A DNA stretch of 64,000 nucleotides from Candidatus Pyrohabitans jungbluthii (GTDB taxonomy: Archaea > Hydrothermarchaeota > Hydrothermarchaeia > Hydrothermarchaeales > BMS3B): positions 64,001 to 128,000 of the forward strand of contig MTMD02000015.1 of assembly GCA_002010065.2 (NCBI GenBank), in the 5' to 3' direction. Each line of letters begins with the position of its first letter. The stretch's first letter is position 1. The notes below the pieces were generated by a model that did not search any database, was not told the origin of the DNA, and saw only the letters and a program-made list of their open reading frames with translations. This document shows, piece by piece, positions 7,941 to 17,455 of this stretch. Position numbers and translations under genes: made by a program.

Positions 7941-9122
7941 ATGGCGTACAGAACTGAGAGTGGTGCGGAGGATATTGTAAGCCGTCTTGAGGCATTGCGC
8001 AAGCGTGCACCACCACGAGAGGAAGGAGCTCCTGCTGCACCTTCACCCCCTCCTGACGATAGAAGGAGAAAAATCTACAGGATTGTGGGTATTGCTGTTA
8101 TAATAATCATAATTTTTGGTCTCTTTTTTGCAGGTTATAAGCTTATAATAAAACCTATAGAGGAGGAGGCAAAGTTAGCGGAGGAGAAGGCGATAAAGGC
8201 TCGGGAAGCCCTGGTTCAGGCAAAGAATCAGAAGATTGCAGAGATTGAGCAGGCTTTTTCAGGTCTTCCTACTAAATATGCCACTGAGAAAGATGAACTT
8301 ATCGCCCAGGTAAAGGCTGCAAAAAACATGGGGGAGCTTAATGCTGTCGACATTAGGGGAGCGGCGAACCGCGCCTGGCGCGCTTATCTCAGCGATGAGG
8401 CGGCAGCGAAGAAAGAGGTATTTGGCGAGGATAGAATGCTCATGACGGCAGGTAATCAAACCTATAAAGGCTACTCCAAGATAATCTCAGCCATATCAAG
8501 CCTAGACTTCACCCTCCTCAAGGGGGCAGTTATTGAGCAGATGCGCACAATATTCGTCCCCGTAAGGCTACCAAGAGACCAGGCTGCGGGTGGTTTCATT
8601 ATGCCCGGCGACTTTGTGAACATCTACTACAAAAACAAGACTGAGGCTGTGGAGATAGTAACAGATGCACAGGTGATTGCGATACTCAGGGCCACTGCTT
8701 CTATAAGTCTCAGCGAGAAGGAAAACAAGATTATCTCAGGACAGGGAGGCGAGGCAAAGGGTGAAGGCACAATCTCCACAGGCGGCGTTAGTTCACTTAC
8801 GGGGCCGATAAGTATAGGCGTGAGGCAAAGCAGCTCCAGCACCACATACACCGTAGATTTGAAAGAGGTGCAGAAAGCTGCGGCTGCGAACAAGATTGAC
8901 CCTACCTATATCGAGGAGGTTCTACGCAACTATGGAATAAAGCTAAGCAGACTTGAGATAGAGAGCCAGGTGGGAGATTTTGACGAGGAGTATTTGATCC
9001 TCCTGGAGATGAGGGAAGAAGAAGCAAAGGCTCTTATTTCCAAGTCTCTCTCCGATAAAGAGAGGGCAAACCTCCAGATGGTGCTCTCCAAACCTTCACC
9101 CTGGATGGCACAGGAGAGGTGA
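7941..9122 (+). CDS. Membrane-anchored DUF515/CpaB(RcpC)-like protein
   Basis: Single N-terminal TM helix, coiled coil, AAGGFIMPGDFVNIY motif. Confidence 0.55.
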   Translation: MAYRTESGAEDIVSRLEALRKRAPPREEGAPAAPSPPPDDRRRKIYRIVGIAVIIIIIFGLFFAGYKLIIKPIEEEAKLAEEKAIKAREALVQAKNQKIAEIEQAFSGLPTKYATEKDELIAQVKAAKNMGELNAVDIRGAANRAWRAYLSDEAAAKKEVFGEDRMLMTAGNQTYKGYSKIISAISSLDFTLLKGAVIEQMRTIFVPVRLPRDQAAGGFIMPGDFVNIYYKNKTEAVEIVTDAQVIAILRATASISLSEKENKIISGQGGEAKGEGTISTGGVSSLTGPISIGVRQSSSSTTYTVDLKEVQKAAAANKIDPTYIEEVLRNYGIKLSRLEIESQVGDFDEEYLILLEMREEEAKALISKSLSDKERANLQMVLSKPSPWMAQER

Positions 9123-10063
9123 TAGCGATGCGAGTCCTCGCTATCATCGCTGTCATTTTTTTTCTCAGCCTCTCGCTGGTGCATGCCGAAGATCTGGGTC
9201 TAAGCTTGGTTGAGTACGGGTATATTACACCTTCAGAGGTGACCACCTACATAGAGGCAACAATAGAAAACCGTGGATTTTACCGGGTATTCGTTGCCCT
9301 GCCGAAGAGCTGGGAGCTGGACATGAGCGAGTACAACGTTAAATCCTATGCGGTGAGGGAGTATGGACTCTGGAGGATTTATGGAGAGGGTAAAAACTCC
9401 ATGCTCTCCCAAGGAAAGGTATACACCACAAAGGGCTTAATGCCGAAGAGTTCGGTTACCATCACAACCAGTGAGGGTACCTACACCGGCTGGTATCTGA
9501 AGCCAAATGAGGGTCTCAAGATTAAGGTGAAAACAAAACCGATACCCAGCGAGGGTGTGGTCGACCCTCTGAAAATCGAGAAGCTCTATCCTGGCATAGT
9601 GGTACTGAAGTGGTATGAGGAGTTTGAACTTAAGCTTCCTGCTGGCAGCTACGGATGGGTTCGCGCGCCCTGGGTGGTGAGAGGCGCTACGCTAACAGAA
9701 GCATCTCCAGCACCCTATGGCGAGGCGTCAAAGACCATCATAACGGGTAAGAGTTTTGTTGGTGTTGAGGGACCTCGCGATGAGTATCTTGAGGTGAGCG
9801 TTGACGTGCCCCGCTGGGACGAGTGGCTACCACTGAGGAATCCCTTAGCTTATGCACTGATTTCAAAGCCTCTTGCAAGGACCAACCTGGAATTTATGGA
9901 GGTTGAACCCCTCGACTATGTACGCCCTGTTTGGGACACTCAGAAGCACAGGACAAGCGTAATCTACTATGCATACGAGTGGGAGCGGGAGAAGGAGATA
10001 AAGGGCATCACATTTTTCAGGGATGATATGAAGGAAATCCCGTCCTGGATGGAGCTGTTTTAG
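9119..10063 (+). CDS. Secreted/surface hypothetical protein
   Basis: Signal peptide (…LSLSLVHAE); start overlaps the upstream stop. Confidence 0.7.
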   Translation: MIAMRVLAIIAVIFFLSLSLVHAEDLGLSLVEYGYITPSEVTTYIEATIENRGFYRVFVALPKSWELDMSEYNVKSYAVREYGLWRIYGEGKNSMLSQGKVYTTKGLMPKSSVTITTSEGTYTGWYLKPNEGLKIKVKTKPIPSEGVVDPLKIEKLYPGIVVLKWYEEFELKLPAGSYGWVRAPWVVRGATLTEASPAPYGEASKTIITGKSFVGVEGPRDEYLEVSVDVPRWDEWLPLRNPLAYALISKPLARTNLEFMEVEPLDYVRPVWDTQKHRTSVIYYAYEWEREKEIKGITFFRDDMKEIPSWMELF

Positions 10064-10071
10064 GTGTAGCT

Positions 10072-10419
10072 ATGCGTGAGCCCACTCCGCGCGAGGTGTG
10101 CGCATTTGAGGCAGGAATCAAGCTGGGGGCGCTTTTTCATCAGTTTATTGGCACGCCTGTGAGCGAGGCTTCTAAGGCGAGTTTGGAGGAGGCGATTCGC
10201 AGGGCGGTGATGAACCAGCCTTACGTAAAGAGGGTAGAGGTGAGAATAAGGAGCGACGTTCTGAAGCGAGCCTCCAAGAACACCTTTGGATATGCTTCCC
10301 TTTCCCCAGAGATGCTGGAGGCAAGCGTCTGGATAGAATACGGTGGGGCAACCTGCCGTGGCAGGCTGGCTTACGACGTGGAGAAAAGATATCCGCTAAT
10401 GACACTGGAGTTTGAGTAG
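10072..10419 (+). CDS. mptD: Archaeal dihydroneopterin aldolase (DUF381)
   Basis: FEAGIKLGALFHQFIGTPV…NQPYV…YPLM. Confidence 0.88.
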   Translation: MREPTPREVCAFEAGIKLGALFHQFIGTPVSEASKASLEEAIRRAVMNQPYVKRVEVRIRSDVLKRASKNTFGYASLSPEMLEASVWIEYGGATCRGRLAYDVEKRYPLMTLEFE

Positions 10420-10469
10420 CACCGAAAGGTAATTATTCCCCCGCTTACATATTTAATAGGGGTGTTGAG

Positions 10470-10592
10470 ATGTCGAAGTTGGACAAGAGAGGTAAGGAAA
10501 GGAAGGGTAGTGAGAAAGTCAAACTCCTGGAGAAGAAGCTCCTGGAGGAGGTGATTGCGGAAGAGGCAAAGCTGGCATCTCACTCCTCATAG
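10470..10592 (+). CDS. Small 40-aa charged hypothetical protein (MSKLDKRGKERKGSEKVKLLEKKLLEEVIAEEAKLASHSS)
   Basis: Manual translation; TATA-like ATTTAATA and GGGGTG RBS upstream; fills the gap between mptD and hef. Confidence 0.4.
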   Translation: MSKLDKRGKERKGSEKVKLLEKKLLEEVIAEEAKLASHSS

Positions 10593-12805
10593 GGCGAGGT
10601 TACCACTCGCCTTATCTCCTCTGCTATTTTTTCTCCAATGCCATGCACGCGCTCAAGCTCCTCTTTGCTGGCTGTGAATACCCTCTCAACACTTCCGAAT
10701 TCCTTAAGCAGCCTTCTTGCAAGCTTTGTGTTCACGTTGGGTAAGCCTGCGACTATAAACTCCTGCTCCTCTCTCAGCGTAGCAACGCGCTTCTCGCCGC
10801 GAATCTCCACGTAGCGCTCACCCTCCTGCTGCTCCCTCCTTGCAATCGCCGCAATAAGTGCTGCGCTCTCCGCCTCGTTAGCTGTGAAGAATATGGGTAC
10901 CCCGAGGTCTATGGCAATCGCTGCAAGGGCGCCGCGAATCGCCTGAGGCGAGATGTTGCGCTTCGCGTACAGGGAATCGCCCTCTATTAGCATTAAAGGC
11001 TTTGCATAGCTGCGCTTGAGCATCAGCGCCTGCTCAAAGAGCCTGCCATCTATTATGCTCTGCAGAAAGTCTTCGGTGGTCTTGCGCTCAACGCACACTC
11101 GAGAGCTCAGAACGTAGTCTCCCACCTCCAACCTCTTGGGCTTTGAGATTACCCCCAGCGAAAGAAGCTCACGCACCACATTGGAGGAAAGCTCCCGCGA
11201 ATCAACGACTATAGTAATGCTGCTCTCAAAGAAGTCATCTAGTGTTGAAGACTTTGGTGAGGTTTCTTGCACTTGCTTGGCTTTGCTGAACCTGCGCTTG
11301 AGGTTGGTGAGTATCTCGCGCATTCTTTTCTCTTTGCGGCGGGCGCTCCAGTAGAAAGCCTCGTCCCGCGTTTTCTCAGCAATGAGCACTATCACCCTGC
11401 CTGCGCTTCTCCTACCAGTGCGCCCGCGGCGTTGAATCGCACGGATTTCGCTGGGTATGGGCTCATAGAAGATAACGAGGTCAACCTTGGGTATATCTAA
11501 GCCTTCCTCAGCCACGCTTGTAGCCACTAATATATTATGCTCGCCGCGGCGAAATTTCTCAAGCACCTCCAGCTGTTTCCGCTGTGTGAGCCCCTCGTCG
11601 TCCCTACTCCTGGAAGCCTGCCCCACAAAGCGCGCCGCGCTCACGTTGGGAAGGCGGTTGAGCTCCTCCACCAGCTTTTTGACGGTGTCGCGATACTGGG
11701 TGAAAATTATTGCGCGCTTTTGCGAGAGGTCTTCCTTTTTTATAATCTCCAGAAGCTTCTCCAGCTTCGGGTGGTGCATCTCCTCCGCCAAGTTGGCGCA
11801 CTTGCGGAGGGCACGCAAGAAATCAACGTCATGCAGAAGCTCCTTCGTGGCCTTGGAGCGCGCAGCGCGCTGAAGACGCATGAAGTAGTGGTTCAGAGTC
11901 TCCAGCCCCTGAGTCTCCAGAAGCTCCAGCGCATGGGCAAGGTTTATGCACCCTGCCACGAGGGAGAGGGCTGCGAAGTGCTCGGGCGTCGCCTCCGTCG
12001 CCAAGCTCTGCTGAATCTTCGCCCGAATCTCTAAAAGCTCGCGCTTGCTTATATTTACCTCCGCCGACGTTGCAACGCCAAGACGCTTTAGTTCCCTGAG
12101 TCTCGTTCTAAGCGCTTTCTCAAGGGAAGCCTTTATCTCCGCAAACTCCGGCGGGAGATTTACACGAACCCACTCTACCTTTATACCCTTAATGTATGGG
12201 CGCACATCCTCGTCGCTCTCTGTGCGCACTTCAATGTTCTCTATATAGAGGTTCTCTACCACCTCTGCTATCTTCTCCTCATCTCCTCCCGGCGAGGCGG
12301 TCAACGCGAGTATTCGTGGGTGCTTCGCTTGAGTCATATAGCGCTGGGCTATGAAGGCATAGGGATAATCCCCCACACTTCTGTGCGCTTCGTCAAACAC
12401 AATGAGGGAGACTTCCTCAAGCGAATAACGCGAAGAGATGAGGTCGTTCTGCACAACCTGAGGAGTGGCGCATACAACGCGAGCGCTTTCCCACAGCGAC
12501 TGCCTCTTTTGAGGCGAGATGCTGCCCGTGAAGGTCACCACCTCATCCTTGGATAGCTTCAGAAACTTTTTGAAGCTTGCTGCATGCTGTGCCACAAGTG
12601 GCTTCGTTGGCGCAAGCATGAGCACCTTGCTTTCAGGATAGCGGCTCAGCCTGTGGGCAGCTAGTATTACTGCAATGACCGTCTTACCCAGCGCTGTGGG
12701 TGCCACTACCAGTGTATTCGCACGAGTGGCGCTGGCGAGGATTACCTGCTGATAGAGCCTCGCCTCCACCGTGCCTTCCTTTATAAGTGGGTGGGAAACA
12801 AACAT
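10580..12805 (-). CDS. hef: Hef helicase/nuclease (FANCM-like DEAH helicase + ERCC4 nuclease + HhH)
   Basis: PTALGKT, DEAH, QRRGRTGR, VGDY…ERKT..D, HhH tail. Confidence 0.95.
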   Translation of the reverse strand: MFVSHPLIKEGTVEARLYQQVILASATRANTLVVAPTALGKTVIAVILAAHRLSRYPESKVLMLAPTKPLVAQHAASFKKFLKLSKDEVVTFTGSISPQKRQSLWESARVVCATPQVVQNDLISSRYSLEEVSLIVFDEAHRSVGDYPYAFIAQRYMTQAKHPRILALTASPGGDEEKIAEVVENLYIENIEVRTESDEDVRPYIKGIKVEWVRVNLPPEFAEIKASLEKALRTRLRELKRLGVATSAEVNISKRELLEIRAKIQQSLATEATPEHFAALSLVAGCINLAHALELLETQGLETLNHYFMRLQRAARSKATKELLHDVDFLRALRKCANLAEEMHHPKLEKLLEIIKKEDLSQKRAIIFTQYRDTVKKLVEELNRLPNVSAARFVGQASRSRDDEGLTQRKQLEVLEKFRRGEHNILVATSVAEEGLDIPKVDLVIFYEPIPSEIRAIQRRGRTGRRSAGRVIVLIAEKTRDEAFYWSARRKEKRMREILTNLKRRFSKAKQVQETSPKSSTLDDFFESSITIVVDSRELSSNVVRELLSLGVISKPKRLEVGDYVLSSRVCVERKTTEDFLQSIIDGRLFEQALMLKRSYAKPLMLIEGDSLYAKRNISPQAIRGALAAIAIDLGVPIFFTANEAESAALIAAIARREQQEGERYVEIRGEKRVATLREEQEFIVAGLPNVNTKLARRLLKEFGSVERVFTASKEELERVHGIGEKIAEEIRRVVTSPYEE

Positions 12806-12900
12806 TTTCTTTTAAAAGCTCTCAGCGGAAGTATTAAATATTTTGGGGAGCACAGGAAAAGTGTACCATATGTACCATAATATTTTAAGGGGTTAAGGAA

Positions 12901-13074
12901 GTGAAAAGGGAAGAGCTTGGACTGGTGCTCATAATCCTCGGAGTTGCAGTTTGGCCTATAGCTGTGGTGTTCCACATAGCAGTACGCACCGCATTGGTTC
13001 TCCATTTAAGCTTTATAATCCCGGGAGTCCTCCTCAGAGGAAGCAGGCTCCTGACAAAGCTCAGGAGAAAGTAA
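12901..13074 (+). CDS. Small two-TM membrane protein (57 aa)
   Basis: Manual translation MKREELGLVLIILGVAVWPIAVVFHIAVRTALVLHLSFIIPGVLLRGSRLLTKLRRK; AAGGA upstream; not in ORF track. Confidence 0.65.
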   Translation: MKREELGLVLIILGVAVWPIAVVFHIAVRTALVLHLSFIIPGVLLRGSRLLTKLRRK

Positions 13075-13121
13075 TATATAGAGGATGCCCCAAAAAGTAG
13101 CTTGTTCCAGGTGAGTCGGCA

Positions 13122-13415
13122 ATGGAAAAGTCAAAAGGATTCTGGACAAAGCATACGCGGAAGGTCAGGAAGTCTGTTAGGGAGCGCGGTCTCGTGCCCC
13201 TGACGAGGATGCTTCAGCAGTTCTCACCCGGCGATAGGGTGCATATAAAGATTGAGCCTTCAATTCAGAAGGGCATGCCCCACCCGCGCTTCCATGGCTA
13301 CACCGGCGTTGTTAAAGGCAGGCGAGGCAGGGCGTACATCGTCGAGGTAAGAGATGGCAATGCAATAAAGCAGATAATCGCACTACCTGTGCATTTAGAG
13401 GCGCAGAAGCAATGA
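13122..13415 (+). CDS. rpl21e: 50S ribosomal protein L21e
   Basis: GDRVHIKIEPSIQKGMPHPRFHGYTG. Confidence 0.97.
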   Translation: MEKSKGFWTKHTRKVRKSVRERGLVPLTRMLQQFSPGDRVHIKIEPSIQKGMPHPRFHGYTGVVKGRRGRAYIVEVRDGNAIKQIIALPVHLEAQKQ

Positions 13416-13759
13416 GCGGAAGAGGTATTATTGAGGTTAAGCCAATAACCATGTATGAAGCCAGGGCTATTCTGGAGAAGGAACTGGAGGAGAGCGAGGA
13501 GCCCCTGTACGAGCAGAAGATCTGCCTAGACTACCTCAACAAGTTTGCAAAGCTCTCGCCTGAGGAAGGGCGCAAGATAGTGGAGGAAATTCTAAAGGTA
13601 AGTGACAAGATCCGTCCTGAGATAGCAGTGAAAATCGCTGACCTCCTGCCTCGGGACGAGGAGGACGTGCGCGCTATTTTTGCCAAGGAGAGGGCGATTC
13701 TTGACAAGAGTGAGATAGCAAAGATAATTGAGATATGCGCACCTTACATAAAGGACTGA
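13412..13759 (+). CDS. rpoF: RNA polymerase subunit F (Rpo4)
   Basis: YEQKICLDYLNKF…AVKIADLLP; conserved rpl21e-rpoF-DUF655-ksgA synteny. Confidence 0.92.
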   Translation: MSGRGIIEVKPITMYEARAILEKELEESEEPLYEQKICLDYLNKFAKLSPEEGRKIVEEILKVSDKIRPEIAVKIADLLPRDEEDVRAIFAKERAILDKSEIAKIIEICAPYIKD

Positions 13760-13772
13760 GGGAGGCGCGGCG

Positions 13773-14360
13773 GTGGGGATGGAAGAGTACGTTTATGTTC
13801 TTGATTACTTACCTCATGGAAGACCAGAGGATGAGCGTCCAATATACAAGAAAGAGCCCCTTGTCCTTGCTATAGGCGAGAAGTACCTATCCCTTCTTGA
13901 ACTCGTTCCAAAGCGCGGGGTGGAGTTAAAGCCGCATGAGCGGGTTTACATCGGCAAGAAGGAGAGGGACAAGATAGACTACATCAAGCGCAGGATAAGC
14001 TATGAGGAACTCAGCTCAGCGGCAAAAGCGGAGCTCCCTTACGTGCTGGAGAAGCTCGTGAAGAAAGATGAGAAGCGCTACGTGGAGTTCTTCAACAAGG
14101 CTGCACCGCTAACCACGCGCTTGCACATGCTGGAGCTTCTCCCGGGCATAGGGAAAAAGCTGATGTGGGAGATTCTGGAAGAGCGAAGGAAGAAGCCCTT
14201 TGAGAGCTTTGAGGACATCTCGAAGCGGATTAAGGCTATCTCTGATCCGGTCAAGCTCATAGTAAATCGCATAATTACAGAGCTTTCCGAAGAGGATGTG
14301 AAGCACGGGAAGCGCAAGTACAGGATATTCGTCTCGCCGTGGCAGAGGCGGGAGAGGTGA
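13773..14360 (+). CDS. DUF655 putative RNA-binding protein
   Basis: VLDYLPHG…TTRLHMLELLPGIGKK…PFESFED. Confidence 0.9.
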   Translation: MGMEEYVYVLDYLPHGRPEDERPIYKKEPLVLAIGEKYLSLLELVPKRGVELKPHERVYIGKKERDKIDYIKRRISYEELSSAAKAELPYVLEKLVKKDEKRYVEFFNKAAPLTTRLHMLELLPGIGKKLMWEILEERRKKPFESFEDISKRIKAISDPVKLIVNRIITELSEEDVKHGKRKYRIFVSPWQRRER

Positions 14361-15184
14361 GTCTTCTCGAAGAGACAAAGCTGATTTTGCAGAGGTATGG
14401 AATTAAGCCAAAGAAAAGGCTGGGGCAGCACTTTTTGATAAGCGAACCCGTGATAAAGCGTGAGGTTGAGCATGCTGAGCTTTCGAGAGATGAGACGGTT
14501 CTTGAGATAGGCGCTGGGATAGGCAACCTCACCAAGTACCTTTTAAGCGAGGGGTGTGAGGTAATTGCGATAGAGCGCGATCCCCTCTTAGCCAGAGTGC
14601 TGCGGGAGCGATTTCCCAGAGCAAAGCTTCGGGTAATCTGCGGCGATGCCACCAAAGTTGAGCTTCCGCAATTCGACAAGGTCGTCGCCAATCTGCCTTT
14701 TGCCATCTCCTCGCCCATAACCTTCAGGCTTCTGAGGCATAGATTCAGGAAGGCGGTGCTGATTTACCAGAAGGAGTTTGCCCAGCGCCTGATAGCCAAG
14801 CCTGGTACAAGGGCATACTCGCGAGTGAGCGTCGCCTGCTACTACTTCGCCGAGGCGAAGCTGCTGGAGCGCATCCCCCGAGGAGCCTTCTACCCGCCGC
14901 CAGAGGTGGACGCCGCACTGGTGGAGCTGACTCCACGAAGGGAGCGCATGCACGTGGATGAGGACTTCTTTCTGCGCTTTCTGGCGGCGCTCTTCCCATA
15001 TAAGCGAAAAACGCTAAAGCGTGCGCTTGCCCTTGCGGCGAAGAGGCTTTTTGGCGAAGAGGTGGAGCCTGCGAGCGTCGCCGGGGAGGAGCTTCTTGAA
15101 AGGCGAGTGTTCCAGCTTACCCCGGAAGAGCTCGCACAGGTTAGCGAGGCACTGCGAAGATGGAGTACAGAGGGGTTAAAATAA
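14357..15184 (+). CDS. rsmA: 16S rRNA adenine dimethyltransferase KsgA/Dim1
   Basis: LGQHFL, VLEIGAGIGNLT, ANLPF; GTGA start/stop overlap at 14357. Confidence 0.95.
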   Translation: MSLLEETKLILQRYGIKPKKRLGQHFLISEPVIKREVEHAELSRDETVLEIGAGIGNLTKYLLSEGCEVIAIERDPLLARVLRERFPRAKLRVICGDATKVELPQFDKVVANLPFAISSPITFRLLRHRFRKAVLIYQKEFAQRLIAKPGTRAYSRVSVACYYFAEAKLLERIPRGAFYPPPEVDAALVELTPRRERMHVDEDFFLRFLAALFPYKRKTLKRALALAAKRLFGEEVEPASVAGEELLERRVFQLTPEELAQVSEALRRWSTEGLK

Positions 15185-15750
15185 CCACATGCGAAAAGGT
15201 TTACCCGCCCTGCGACGACACATTTATGTTAGCGGATGCCCTCGTGAGAGAGGTAAGGCAGGGAGACCTCGTCCTCGACGTAGGCACAGGCACGGGTTTG
15301 CTCGCGATACTCGCAGCCAAGCATGCTGAGAAGGTGCTCGCTATTGATGTAAGCGACTTCGCCGTAGCCTGCGCCCAGCGCAATGTCGCAGCGAACCGCG
15401 CGCTGAATGTGGAGGTGAGGAAGAGCGACCTCTTCGCAGATGTGGAGGGAAAATTCGACCTCATCCTCTTCAACCCACCCTATCTGCCAAGCGAGGAGCT
15501 TGAGCCTAAGGATGAGTTAACGCGGGCGTGGGACGGTGGCAAGGACGGTCGCAGGGTGATAGACCGCTTCATACGTGAATGCCGGGGGTATCTCACAGAA
15601 GGCGGGCGTGTGCTCATGGTTCAGTCCTCCCTCAGTGACCTTGAGAAAACCCGGGAAATGTTTTTAAGGCAGGGGTTTGAAGTAAGCGTTATTGCTGAGA
15701 GGAGTTTCTTCTTCGAGAGGCTGTACGTGGTAAAGGCGGTGCTGAAGTGA
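15160..15750 (+). CDS. HemK2/Mtq2-type N5-glutamine methyltransferase
   Basis: [31 protein letters not shown]. Confidence 0.9.
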   Translation: MEYRGVKITTCEKVYPPCDDTFMLADALVREVRQGDLVLDVGTGTGLLAILAAKHAEKVLAIDVSDFAVACAQRNVAANRALNVEVRKSDLFADVEGKFDLILFNPPYLPSEELEPKDELTRAWDGGKDGRRVIDRFIRECRGYLTEGGRVLMVQSSLSDLEKTREMFLRQGFEVSVIAERSFFFERLYVVKAVLK

Positions 15751-16325
15751 TACTCTCAGATCGTGATATAAAGCGCTATCTGCGCGAGGGCAGAATAAGG
15801 ATAGAGCCCCTCGATGAAGAGGTGCAGGTGCAGCCGAGCAGTGTGGACCTTCGCCTGGGAAACCATTTTAAAATCTTCAAACACATCCGCAAGTCCCACA
15901 TAGACCCTCTTCGCGACAACGTGGAGGAGTACACCGAGGATGTGTTTATTGAAGAAGGGGAATGCTTTATTCTTCATCCTGGGGAGTTTGTTCTCGCCAC
16001 AACCCAGGAATGGGTGGAGGTACCGCCTGAGCTTGTTGCGCGCGTTGAGGGGCGCTCAAGTCTGGGCAGGTTGGCGCTTCTCGTTCATGCCACCGCCGGC
16101 TTCATAGACGCCGGCTTCAGGGGGAGGATAACCCTTGAGCTGAGCAATGTGGGCAAGATGCCAATAGCTCTTCGCCCGGGTATGCGTATCTGCCAGCTCG
16201 CCTTTGAGATGATGAGCTCGCCCGCTGAGAGACCCTACGGGCACCCCTCACGGGGGAGCAAGTATCAGAATCAGGAGAGCGTAACTCCGAGCAGGATTCA
16301 CCTGGATAGGGAGTTTAGGGGCTGA
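15747..16325 (+). CDS. dcd: dCTP deaminase
   Basis: [45 protein letters not shown]. Confidence 0.95.
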   Translation: MILSDRDIKRYLREGRIRIEPLDEEVQVQPSSVDLRLGNHFKIFKHIRKSHIDPLRDNVEEYTEDVFIEEGECFILHPGEFVLATTQEWVEVPPELVARVEGRSSLGRLALLVHATAGFIDAGFRGRITLELSNVGKMPIALRPGMRICQLAFEMMSSPAERPYGHPSRGSKYQNQESVTPSRIHLDREFRG

Positions 16326-16328
16326 GCT

Positions 16329-16682
16329 ATGGAATACAAGCAGGTCATAGTGGTGCGAGTAGATTTAAAGATGACCCGAGGAAAAGCATGCGCACAGGTA
16401 GCACACGCAAGCCTGGGCGCGACAGAGGTAGCGATGCGGGAGCACGTGGATTGGTACGAAGCTTGGAAGCGCACCGGAGAGAAGAAGGTGGTTGTTAGGG
16501 GCGAGAATCAGGAGCATCTGGGCAGGCTCTTCGAGGAGGCGAAGAAGCTGCGCCTGCCCTGCTTCTTGGTGAGAGACGCTGGCTTGACTCAGCTTCCGCC
16601 TGGCACCACCACAGCGCTTGCTATCGGCCCCGCACCAGAGGAGAAGGTGGATCGCCTGACTGGTGAGCTGAAGCTCTTTTAA
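16329..16682 (+). CDS. pth2: Peptidyl-tRNA hydrolase Pth2
   Basis: KQVIVVRVDLKMTRGKACAQVAHA…DAGLTQ…IGPAP. Confidence 0.95.
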   Translation: MEYKQVIVVRVDLKMTRGKACAQVAHASLGATEVAMREHVDWYEAWKRTGEKKVVVRGENQEHLGRLFEEAKKLRLPCFLVRDAGLTQLPPGTTTALAIGPAPEEKVDRLTGELKLF

Positions 16683-16718
16683 TAACTTCCGCCAATGTTG
16701 CTTTTCATTGTGTAGGGG

Positions 16719-17345
16719 ATGGCAGGCGAGGGTGAGAAAATTGAGCAGGAAAGTTTTGAGCAGATAGAGAAGAGACTTTCCCACATCCCCCTACCAGAGC
16801 GCGATGTGGTTAAACGCGTGGTTCACGCCACGGCTGACTTCAGCTTTGCAAGAAGCGTGTTTTTTCACCGCGACGCAGTGAGAGAGGCTGTAAAGGCAAT
16901 TCGCGATGGCTGCGATGTGATAACCGACGTTAAGATGGTGGCGTGCGGAATTAATGCACCCCGCTTGGCTAAGTATGGTGGCGAGATGAAGTGCTTTATC
17001 TCCTCGCCAGAGGTGATTGAGGAGGCGAAGAAGCTGGGAATAACCAGAGCCAGAGCCAGCGTACGGCTACACCGGGGAGAGATTGAGGGTAACATCTTCG
17101 TGGTTGGAAATGCGCCCACAGCGCTGTTTGAGCTCTTTGAGCTGATTGAAGCAGGGGTGAAGCCGCGCTTCATCGTAGCAGCGTGCGTGGGCTTCGTAGG
17201 CGCCGCCGAAGCAAAGGAGCGCGTGCTGAAATACGACATTCCGGCGATAGTGGTACGTGGAAAACGTGGAGGTAGCAACATCGCCGCGGCGATAACCAAT
17301 GCCCTGATTTTGCTGGCGGATAGTGATATAACCAGTCATTCATAA
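16719..17345 (+). CDS. cbiC: Precorrin-8X/cobalt-precorrin-8 methylmutase
   Basis: RVVHATADF, GNAPTAL, VGFVGAAEAKE, RGKRGGS. Confidence 0.93.
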   Translation: MAGEGEKIEQESFEQIEKRLSHIPLPERDVVKRVVHATADFSFARSVFFHRDAVREAVKAIRDGCDVITDVKMVACGINAPRLAKYGGEMKCFISSPEVIEEAKKLGITRARASVRLHRGEIEGNIFVVGNAPTALFELFELIEAGVKPRFIVAACVGFVGAAEAKERVLKYDIPAIVVRGKRGGSNIAAAITNALILLADSDITSHS

Positions 17346-17455
17346 GTCGCCTTAAATTTTAATGCTGATTTGTAAAGTATCGCCCACAAAGTTTTATAAA
17401 TCATAAATACAATATACATAGGGGCTAAATAGCTTATAATAGGGAGGAACTATAG

